DNA from: Macrostomum lignano
Taxonomy: Eukaryota
Assembly (NCBI GenBank): GCA_002269645.1
Contig: NIVC01001537.1
Location: 153,104 to 217,103, forward strand
Reading direction: 5' to 3'
DNA: 64,000 bases
The notes beneath the pieces were generated by a model. The model saw only the letters and a program-made list of their open reading frames with translations, had not been told where the DNA came from and made no database searches. Positions within the stretch are counted from its first letter, which is position 1. The number at the start of each line of letters is the position of its first letter. The position numbers and the translations under genes were made by a program. Below, piece by piece: positions 22,441 to 48,800 of this stretch.

Positions 22441-24678
22441 TCACTGCAGCATCAATCTGTCAGGTGGTGCTCGAACTCGAGTCGGGTAGCGCCGGGGTGC
22501 CTCGTTAGCAGAGTCAGCCGTGTCTGCCTGCGGCGAGGCTGGCGTGCCGCCAGCGTCAGGTGCCGCGCAGTCCTCGGCCGGGGTTGTGCTGCTATTCGAC
22601 TCGGCCAACCCAGCGGGAGCCGCCAGCAGCTGGTCAGCGTGTCGCGCTTGTACGCCGCGCCCAGAATCGACTGTGCAGTTGCGAGTGCCGGCATTGACAA
22701 TGACACCTTCGGCCCAGCGGCTGCTTTCTCCTGCACGAGCAGCAGTGCTGAAATCGCGGTAGAGCACACGATCTCCAGGCTGGAACTGGCGCGCTGGCCG
22801 CTGCTGCTGAAGCTGATGCTGCTGTCGCTGTTGCATGGCCGAAGTCAACGATGGTGTCAGGAGGTCCAGCCGGCTGCGCAGCCGGCGGCCAATGAGCAGC
22901 TGACTCGGCGCGGTGCCACTGACGCTGTGCGGAGTGTTGCGATAGGCCATCAGCAGTCGTTGAAGTTGCGCGTCGGAGTGACCGCACTTACTCAGATGCC
23001 GCTTCAGCACCTGGACGAAGCGCTCGGCCTGGCCGTTGGTCGCCGGGTGGAATGGCGCCGAGAAGATGTGCCGGATGCCGTTGGAACTGACGAACTCAGC
23101 GAACTCGGCCGAAGCGAATTGTGGCCCGTTGTCCGACACCAAGGTTCTCGGTAGGCCGAGACGAGCGAAGATTTCTCGCAGGCAGCTGATCGTCACAGTT
23201 GCAATGGTGCTGCTCATCCTGTGCACCTCTGGCCACTTGCTGTGCGCGTCGACCAGGACCAGGTAAGTGCGGCCGTCCACGGGTCCCACAAAGTCGACGT
23301 GCAACCGCTCCCATGGCTCAGTCGGAAATGGCCATGGCTGTACCGGGGCGGAGCCTTGATTGTGTCGAAATTTGCCAAGTCGGTTCTCGAACACCGCAGC
23401 GAATCTCTCATGCAGGTCGCTGATGTCGTAATCGGTGGACACTGCGTGCACCTGGGCCATTATTGTCGGCCAGTCCAGCCCAAGGTGAGCCAGCCAGTCT
23501 CGTCCCAGCAGTGCCGTGTCTCCTTTGTCGACTACAAGCAGCGGTAGCTGTAGCTGCTGGGCGTTGTGCTGGACGCAGACTGTGGCTTGGCCTCGCGGAT
23601 GAAAGCGTTCATTGGTGAAGGTTCGCAGAACTGCGGCAGATGGAGCCAGCTGTAGCTGAGGGAGCAACTTCTGCTGCAGCTGCTGCGGCATCAGCGTGAC
23701 TGCAGAGCCGGTGTCGATGACAAACTGGCATTCCTGGCCGTTGACGAGCAGCATGACTGTCGGTCCAGCGTTTCTGCCTGTTGGTCGGACTGCGAAGATG
23801 GGCACCTGGGTGTCACACGCGCCTTCGACAGTAGGTGCCATCCGCTCCTCTTGTAGCATGTGTAGCTTGGCCTGCTTGGTGGACTGGCAGACCTTGCGGA
23901 TATGGCCGACCTTGCCGCATGCATGGCACTTGGCGTCCCTGAACTTGCATGAATGACGCTCGTGAGAACCGCCACAGCTTTTGCATGAGCTGCCACCGCC
24001 ACCGTTGCCGCTGCCGTTGCCGCTGCCGCCGTTGCCGCTGCCGCCGTTTTCGCTGCCGCTGACCCGATGCCCTCTGTGGTGCGCTGAAGGTGTCACCTGC
24101 TTGCGGCTACCTCTCTTGCTGACAAATTGCAGATTGGCAACAGACTCCGATGCCCTTTGTGACATCTCCAGGGACGAACGCTCTGCAGACTCCAGCGACA
24201 TAGCCTTTGTTTGCAGGGATTCGAAAGTCGGCTCAACGACTTCCAGCAGCTTGGCTCGATAGGCGTCGCTTCGAAGACCGAACACGAGTTGGTCTCGGAG
24301 CCGCTCATTTAGCGACTCACCGAAGTTGCAGTCAGCTGACAGAGCCTGGAGCCCCGCGATGAATGCCGTGAAGCTCTCGCCTGCTTGCTGAGTTCGTTGT
24401 TGGAAACGGAACCTCGCAGCTAGCTCCGAAGGCTTGGGTGCGAAGTGCGTTGTCAGCAGCTTCTTCAAGTCAGCGTAAGACTTCTGCGCCACTTGGACCG
24501 GCTGGCACAGACTCCGCAGTGTGATGTAAGCCTCCTCTCCAATCGACGTGATCAGAGTTGCCACTTTTGCCTCATCCTTCACCTCCTTGCAGATGAAGTA
24601 CTGCTCGAGACGCTCTAGGAAGATCTCGGTGTTTGTAGATGGTAGCAGTTGGCCCAGCGTGGGCAGACTCGTCGCCAT
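22441..24678 (-). CDS. Gag-protease-integrase polyprotein, copy 2 (translation identical to copy 1)
   Basis: The ORF track is identical in all overlapping frames at a +2513 offset. Confidence 0.92.
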   Translation of the reverse strand: MATSLPTLGQLLPSTNTEIFLERLEQYFICKEVKDEAKVATLITSIGEEAYITLRSLCQPVQVAQKSYADLKKLLTTHFAPKPSELAARFRFQQRTQQAGESFTAFIAGLQALSADCNFGESLNERLRDQLVFGLRSDAYRAKLLEVVEPTFESLQTKAMSLESAERSSLEMSQRASESVANLQFVSKRGSRKQVTPSAHHRGHRVSGSENGGSGNGGSGNGSGNGGGGSSCKSCGGSHERHSCKFRDAKCHACGKVGHIRKVCQSTKQAKLHMLQEERMAPTVEGACDTQVPIFAVRPTGRNAGPTVMLLVNGQECQFVIDTGSAVTLMPQQLQQKLLPQLQLAPSAAVLRTFTNERFHPRGQATVCVQHNAQQLQLPLLVVDKGDTALLGRDWLAHLGLDWPTIMAQVHAVSTDYDISDLHERFAAVFENRLGKFRHNQGSAPVQPWPFPTEPWERLHVDFVGPVDGRTYLVLVDAHSKWPEVHRMSSTIATVTISCLREIFARLGLPRTLVSDNGPQFASAEFAEFVSSNGIRHIFSAPFHPATNGQAERFVQVLKRHLSKCGHSDAQLQRLLMAYRNTPHSVSGTAPSQLLIGRRLRSRLDLLTPSLTSAMQQRQQHQLQQQRPARQFQPGDRVLYRDFSTAARAGESSRWAEGVIVNAGTRNCTVDSGRGVQARHADQLLAAPAGLAESNSSTTPAEDCAAPDAGGTPASPQADTADSANEAPRRYPTRVRAPPDRLMLQ

Positions 24679-24931
24679 TGTGATAACTTTGTTAAGCGAG
24701 GCAGAAGTGTGGAATTGCAGGAGTGAGTAAAAGGTGCTCGCTTGAGAGCTAAGCTGACAATATTTATTACTTAGCACTGAGGTGGTGGGTGCAGACAGAT
24801 TCAAACGCGCGCATGGGGTGGGGTGGAATAAAATACAATCTCTAAGCCGATCAATAACAACTCCACTGCTAGTGAGTCCACACTACAGTGCATGCAACCT
24901 ATAGCAAAGTTCATCGTGTCACTATGTCACA

Positions 24932-25055
24932 GAAACACTGACAGAGGATGGGAAACACTGACAGAGGATAGGGAAACACTGACAAAGGATAGGGAAACAC
25001 TGACGGAGGATGGGAAACACTGACAGAGGATAGGAAAACACTGTTAGAGGATGGA
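24932..25055. repeat. Right part of the 21-22-bp minisatellite split by the LTR element
   Basis: Seen directly. Confidence 0.93.
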
Positions 25056-25371
25056 AAGTTACTTATATTCACAAGAGCTAGGGAGTGAGAACCAAATTAA
25101 GAGCTTGAGATTCAGTAGTGTAATCTTATCGGCTAGAACACTATCGGCTAGTGGATTGACTCTAGTAGCTCTACCGTCTATGGCATTAACTGAAAATGAC
25201 ACCTTGAAAATGAAACCATTTTTAGTATAGGGAGTTCAGTCAATTTTGTATCCAGCAAATTGAACAAATAAGACTCAAAGCATACGCACTATAATTATAT
25301 TCAGAGAGAAATTGCATTTAGCTTATTTTTAGTCTTTAACCGAATCGAACCCAGCCCCAAGCCAGTCAGTC

Positions 25372-26315
25372 ATGTCTCTGCCGCAGCAGCGCAGCCGGGA
25401 CTCCTGGGATTTGGACGGAATTCGAAAAGCGGCATTGGAACGCCTGACTAACTCGCAGCTGACCAGCTACAAGTCGGCTAAGGAGAAGCCGAGGACTTCC
25501 GATAGATCGGAGGACTCGGTGTCCAAACTGGTGCCCGAAGCCGAGCTCAAGCAGTTCACCCTGGTCGACGAGATGATGAAGAACCAATGGCTGCTGCGGC
25601 TTATTAACAGGCGAGTCTGCACATGGTTTTAGTACCTATGAGTATTGTAAGGTTAGAAGAGATAGTCCAGCTACTCACATTGGAGTAGGGGAGGTCAGTT
25701 CAGCTACTCACATTGGAGTAGGGGAGGTCAGTCCAGCTACTCACATTGGAGTAGGGGAGGTCAGTCCAGCTACTCACATTGGAGTAAGGGAGGTCAGTCC
25801 AGCTACTCACATTGGAGTAGGGGAGGTCAGTCCAGCTACTCACATTGGAGTAAGGGAGGTCAGTCCAGCTACTCACATTGGAGTAGGGGAGGTCAGTCCA
25901 GCTATTCACATTGAAGTAGGGGAGGTCAAGCCAGCTACTCATATTGGAGTAGGGGAGGTCAATCCAGTCAGTGAGATCATTGCAATCCAACAGTGAGCAG
26001 TAACCCAATCAACTCAGACGCGACCTGGTGATGTCAATCGTGAGCACAGTGCTGCTCATGGCATCGATCGCACTGTTCGCCACAGCGCAGATAATCCAAC
26101 CGGATCAGTTCAACCGCAACATACCCAAGAAGTTCTATACAAAGGCCTACATGTGGCAGTATAATTGGCAGCAGCGCTTCCTGCAGGCCTATGCTGTATC
26201 GCTATTATCTTATCTAATCGCTTTTCACCTGTCAGTCCGATGGCGCCTGGAGATGGACGAACAGATTGAGCAGTCCAGGGTAGCGGAAAGTGAGCTAGTT
26301 CGATTCTCTAACTGA
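25372..26315 (+). CDS. Small orphan membrane protein (exons 25372-25610 and 26018-26315, GC-AG intron)
   Basis: AACAG|GCGAGT donor to aactcag|A acceptor joins the two ORFs in frame (phase 2). Hydrophobic segment LVMSIVSTVLLMASIALFATA. The 3' end could contain a further intron. Confidence 0.55.
25668..25965. repeat. 33-bp minisatellite (GTCCAGCTACTCACATTGGAGTAGGGGAGGTCA)n, intronic
   Basis: Seen directly. Confidence 0.95.
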
Positions 26316-26801
26316 ACACGAGCAAGCTTTCAAAAATGACTAAACTCAAAAAACTCGAATACATTTCATGAAAATCAAAAAATCAGAGAAACAAAAACAA
26401 CAAAACGATGCGTATTTTGCTTTTTTTTCAAAACAATTGACTGTCTATAACTAGGAGAATTTCAACACGGCTTGCCGCTTTCAATCAAAAAGATGACACA
26501 AAAACACATTGAAGAAAAAGAGAGAGAAATGCTTTGAACAATTTGTAAATAAAAGCCCCTGAAAAAGCTAATAAATATTGAGGCCAAAAATTGGTTCTTG
26601 GAAGAAAAAAGAGTAAGTGGACATTTTAAATATGGCTATTATTAATTTGATAAAGATATTAGATTATTGGATGAGAAAAAACTGTTTAGTAAACAGCGCC
26701 AGATATTAGCTGAAGATTGACAACTGCAAACAAACAGGTAGTGAACAAGCCCTTTTAGTTAGTGAGGGACAAACAGCTGTCAGTGTCTTTTAGCACTTGG
26801 C

Positions 26802-43090
<16,289 letters not shown>

Positions 43091-43099
43091 GGAGTCAGT

Positions 43100-45813
43100 T
43101 CGATTTATATGTAGAGTTTTTATTTATACAAGGAATCTGAAATGTTGATTGCAAATCATAAAGCATTGTGATTAGTCCTTTGAACTCAGAACAGGCAACA
43201 AGTTTGATTAAAACTGCATTGAAAAATATTTGATTAAAGCAACTTATTAGATTGCTCCATAGTATGGTAAATACAAAAGTATAATAACAATGCTTTTTCA
43301 ACCAAATTTGTTACTTCCATATTCTTTCGGATTGGTCTAATGCCCCTGGTCTAAATATTAGCAATATAGATGCATGAATTTACCAATTCATCTATTTAAA
43401 TTGATATATTTTTCATAATACAAAATTTCTAAACATTTATTTATATTTACTTCTATGAGCAATTAGAAACAAAATAGCAAATTTTTATAAGAGTTTAATA
43501 AAAAGGAAATCTGACACTAGCAATAGAAAAACTTAGTCAACAAGTTCAATCTGTGAGAAATAATTTAAAAAATTATATCTGAAAACAAAGTGAGGTTTGA
43601 GAAAAAAACTATTTTAAAAGATTGTTACTTGGTTTTGTTTTAATTAAAATTGGCTGAAAGATATTTTGGTTGAACATGAAGCTCAACCAAAAGCTCAACA
43701 TGAAGCTCAACATAGTTCCATATGCTTTCTAAAAGTTAAAATTCTTTAACTTTCTTTAACTATAACTTTTATGCTTTCTAGCAGAAGAAACAAAGCCATT
43801 AAGCTTTCAAAATTATTGAAGTTTTTTTAATTCATAGGTTTGCTGAAAAAACACCAATATACAAGGGATAGATGTGTAAAGTGAATATAACATCCAATTC
43901 TTACTATAATGATAATTCACAATTTTTTCAAAATATATCCAATACGTTTAAGTTTTTCTAAAATTATTTGTGAATATTATTGTTTCTTTAAAATATGTAT
44001 CAATTTTCTACAGCAAAAATCTGCTACTTTGATATAAAAATCATACTCAATATTTTTTTCCAGTTTCAGTTAGCAAAGTTATGTGGTGAAGGCATGTAGG
44101 TGTGTAGTGGAATACATGTAGTAACATTAATCCAAAAAGGATACAAAAAATCACTAGTATAAACCGTTATAATTGATTTTACAAAGGTAAATTGTTTTTA
44201 AAAAGTTATAAATATAATCTACTCCAAAACGTTTTCGTTTTAGTGAAAGAAAGTGAACAACAATAAAGGAAAATGAATTGTTAACTTGCGAATGGCGAAA
44301 ACTTTTTGAATTGGTTCTTTCTGTTTTTCTGTTAGTCGTTTTATGTTAAAGCTGCAATATTTAGCTCTTATGTTTGTTAAAGAAACTAATCTAGGAAACT
44401 GGAGCTAAAAAATGTGTTATTTTTCAACAGTTCTAGCTGTTTTTGTTAAAATAATGATAACAATTGTATAAAACGCCGCGGCATTTAGTAGGATGAATTC
44501 TTAATTAGTTTACCTCCTTTAAATTATTCACACAGAGCACAGATGCAAGCATTAAGCATAAGTATGAAGTGCACCTTTGAGTACGTTGAATGAATTTAAT
44601 AATTAGCGCAGGACTTTTTGTAGCTATAGTAGATAAAACATGATTTGATTGTAAAGTGACAGATTTTAAAGATCATTACCGTTCTGTGCAGCACGAGGTC
44701 ACCCAAAAGATCCACAAACCTTAAAAATCGGAATTTATTCGAAGCTTTCCTTTAGCCCCTGCATCAAATTTATTGGTTAACTTGCTAAAACTAGCGTGGA
44801 GCTACATGTAAACTCGTACGTTTACTTTGTAACATGGAGATCTATACTATAGTATTGTGTATGTATATTATATGTACATGTATTATAAAAGCCGTAAAAT
44901 TTGGGACTACGAGCGTATGAAGTCCTTGATTATAAAGAAACATTATGGGGCTCGTTTAATTTACTCGTACATGCACTTGTATTTTTGTCGGTCCACTACT
45001 ATATATTTCTTTACTAGCTGTGTTAGCAGCGTGCTTACATGCACAAAATGTATTTACAGTACTGCAAATCTATTGTACATTATATTATGCAGTCTGTATT
45101 TGTAGATCTTTAAAACGAATGCTCACGTGGCGCTGCAAGAATCGATATCAGCTTTATTTATGGCCAGCAGAACAGAACTATATACCATTATATTACGACG
45201 GGCCGACGGTGGTAAAAATTTCCTTCCGCAATGGGAAACAGACTGAATGCGCTGGCCGGGCTGGACCGGATCGACCGCTGCATACACAACCGTATGCAGT
45301 CATGCCCGCGGAACGTATTGTGGGGATCAAAGAGGCTAAAACGCGACACATTTGAACTGATCCCACAGTTTCTCCTCTCTTTCTCTCTACATTACATTAC
45401 TGCATGCATTCCTAAACCTAAACGATCTCATATTTAGTCAGTAGCTACGCTGCACAGTTCCTGCTTACGGACAGGGCGAGAAGGGAAAGGAGAGAATTAA
45501 GAGAGAGGAGGAAGAAGAGAGGACAGGGGGCAGTGTGTATATTATAGAATAGAGAAGGAAGGAGTGCGTGCAATATAGCTAGCTATTAACCCGCATGGCT
45601 GAGACATCGTTTCGTGTTTTTTACTATAGCTGTTTCACATACGCATTGCGAGTTATGTTTTACCCTCCCCTCTGAAAAGCTGCCTGCATGGTTATAATAT
45701 AAATATCTCAAAATGCTAATGTACTAAGCAGACTAAAATACTGTTCTAAGTAGGGAAATTGAAGTTTGTCAATCCCATCAACAACTGGCTCGATTGTACA
45801 TAGCAAAATTGAG
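43100..45813. promoter_or_regulatory. AT-rich intergenic region between the divergently transcribed SYCP1-like and DUF7153-like genes
   Basis: Start codons at 43090 (minus) and 45814 (plus) face outward. No specific promoter element was identified. Confidence 0.35.
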
Positions 45814-48800
45814 ATGGACGACGAACGCCGGCACTCTCGGATGCTGCCCTATGGCGGATTTAGTCGCAATTTCGGCGGCGCCGACCGGCTCTCGAAGGTG
45901 ACGCACACCATCATAGCGGCCAGGCACATCGCTAAAAAGGTCACCTTCTCGGTATGAGTTCTATTGTTAAGTTATCGATCAATCTAGTAGGCAACTATGA
46001 AATTGTTTTTTTGCGATGTTTCAAACGCCAATTATTGCCAATTTTGCTAAATTATCAAAGCTTTAAAACAAAACGATTTACGATGTACATTTTTTAGTGT
46101 GCAAGTATATTTTCATTATCATATCGTCGAGACCTTCAGCACAAAAGACGCCAGAAATCCTATGGTAGTTTATTGCGAATGTTTAACTTTTGTTTATTTA
46201 AGTAACTTTATGCTCTGTAGATCTAACTGCGGAGTTTTCTCAATGCTTACCCAGGTGCGTTCGGAAACAAATTCAAAATGATGCTACTAAGTTGGGCAAT
46301 TGCTTGGCCAAGAACTCACGCACGATGTTGGCCGTGTGAACGGGAGCGTTGTCCAAGTGAAAAAACACTGCTTGCTGGCTATCAGCTCCCTCCTCTTCAA
46401 AAAGTGGACCAGAAATTACACATTGGGAGACCCAATGACGAACTAGGCATTGATGTCCTTGGAGATCTTGGAGATGCTTAGATCATCATTGGGGAGGCTG
46501 TGTCGATCATCTCCTTGATCTTATGGAGCTTCAGGCCGTTTTCTGGCCAAACTGACGGCAAAATTTTTTGCAAGATTATCGAATGGGGGTACAAGCTACT
46601 GACGTTTTGTTTTGGTTAATTTCTAGGCGTAGGAAAGTGCTAGAAAGTTGAAATTTTGATTTAGTACTCCCAACTAGGACAGACGAAAATGAGTTGAAAA
46701 TTAGTACACTCGTGTTATTCGCTGAATACTCAAGTACGAGTACACGGGAAATAAGGATAGCAGTTTGTTAGTCAGTCTCAGAGGACACACACAGAGCGGC
46801 CCTGATTTTCCCTCACCAGTAGGCAATGAAAAACTTTCTGTCGTTGGGACTGAATCGTAGGACAAAAGAATCTATAGGCAAAAGGGCTTGTCAACTAAAG
46901 CTCATAAAGTAGAGCCCGAGTAACCTATGTACACAAATGATGCATCATTCTGCTCATAATGACACCAGGTACGAGCTAGCAGGGTTTGGCAAAAAGGGAC
47001 AAGTTGGAATTGGGAGAAGGGAGAACAAGGGGATGATTAGGGAATCCACTAACTGAGCTTAAGTTGACAGGCCCTTTCCGTATGTAGGAACTCCAAACGC
47101 CTGCGGAATCGAACTTGGGGTCATTGGTGACGCGAGAGTAGGACGCGTTTAGGTTCGTTACTAGCTCGTAAAATGAAATTATATCCCAGGATTAGGAAGT
47201 GACTTAATAGACGTCTGCAACAGAGTCACCAGTGTTCATTGCCGATATTCCTCACCGCTCTATAGGAGGACGGCAGGCAGGACAAGTCAACCGACGCTCT
47301 CTATTCCATATTCAACTTCTTCGAGACCATCACACCGCCGCCGAATTTCCCAACCTTCAAGGACGGATTCGTTCACGTGTCCAAAGTGATGAAGCTGCAT
47401 CCTCAGTTTCAGAGCGGAGTACTACTCAGAAATGTCGAAGAGTATGGTGAGAACATTTCTAAGAAATGCACTTTTAATGGTAGTTAGAGGCAATTGATCT
47501 TTTAGTGTAAAAATTAAAACAAATTACCAGATTCGATTCCCACTAGATCAATAAAACTGAAGGTAAAGTCTGAATCAATAATTCTCTTTGAGAAAATGAT
47601 ACTGCTATGAATAAAAATTTGTGCTTTTATACTGAGTCTCCTTCATTTAGAAATTTTCACTGTTTTACCAAAGAAAAATTAATACATTACGAGTATTTTC
47701 TTTCACAGCGTTTATAATAATTATAAATAGATTCAATTTCCACTTTACCATTTCAGATCGGTTTCCCTTCCTCAGCTATACAGTGTTCCACCTGCACCCG
47801 ACCAACACCTTCATTCACGATCCATCTTGGGTGAAGGTGATCCACGAGGGCCACGGCGAGAATCAGGTGCATCATCAAGGTTAGTCGTCTGCATAGATAA
47901 TAAAAACACTAGATGGGTCACTCGCCTATTTCATGAATAAGCTACTTTCAATTGGGCGTCTGTATAGAGTTTTTTGGATATATTTGTGCACCAAGTAAAA
48001 TTTTAATATTATATTTAGATTATGATGTAAACAAAAAAGTTTGACATTTCCGACCCTCACTTTTCAATCATTGAAGTTTATTTACACCGACGGAAAATGA
48101 AAAAAAATTCAACAAAAATGTGGGCTTGGTTTAAACTTGTCACAATAGAGGCATGCGCATTGCACTTACATGTATATATATATATTGATGCACAGGGTCG
48201 TATCAACTTATCATTTATACACAGATTGAAAGAAGATTTCACAAAAGTAAATATTATACTCGTACATATAAAGCATTTGGGCAAGAGAAAAGCATTATGA
48301 AAACAAAATTTTACTTTATAGTTTAAGCTAGCTACTTACCCGGTAGTTAAAGCAAATGTTCATGAACAAATTGAAGTTAACGAATGTGACAAAGAACGAA
48401 ATACAATTAAATGTTTGGTACAAACACGAAGGTTAATTAAGTTTACTCATCTTTCTGCTTGCTGAGCATCGCGCTGTCCTATCCTTCAGCGGCTTGGCCT
48501 CACAGCGGCACCAGTGATGCAGTCTGAGACGAGCGAACTTGACGCACAGTTGCTGCCAGACGATCTCCGTGTGCACGGAGCACGAGGGGAAGGTCACATT
48601 TGCGTGTCGGAAGCATCTCAAAACTGAATGGCTCACGTGATTCTGCAGCAATATAGTCTTTGATAATGAGCCAAATAAAGATTCCAACAGCATAAAACTT
48701 TCCAAAACTGCTTCCGATGGTGCTGTCAATCCAGTGGGAACGGCACTGTACTGCTTGTTGGCCAAGTGAACTCCAGATGGGATTTGAGCGGTCAGAGTTT

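Larger units (their letters stand above)
19653..24931 (-). mobile_element. Tandem Ty3/gypsy (Mag-like) LTR retrotransposon, LTR-internal-LTR-internal-LTR, lacking RT/RNase H
   Basis: Three 253-bp TG...CA LTRs (19653-19905, 22166-22418, 24679-24931) with a 2513-bp period. 5-bp TSD GAAAC at 19648-19652 and 24932-24936. PBS TGGCGACGAG (complementary to the tRNA-Ser(GCU) 3' end). PPT AGGGGGGAGA adjoining the downstream LTR. Confidence 0.95.

Noticed and set aside
47903-47922. Shorter 20-bp TIR definition (AAAACACTAGATGGGTCACT)
   Set aside because: It gives no TSD; extending to CATAGA/CACAGA yields the exact 8-bp duplication.
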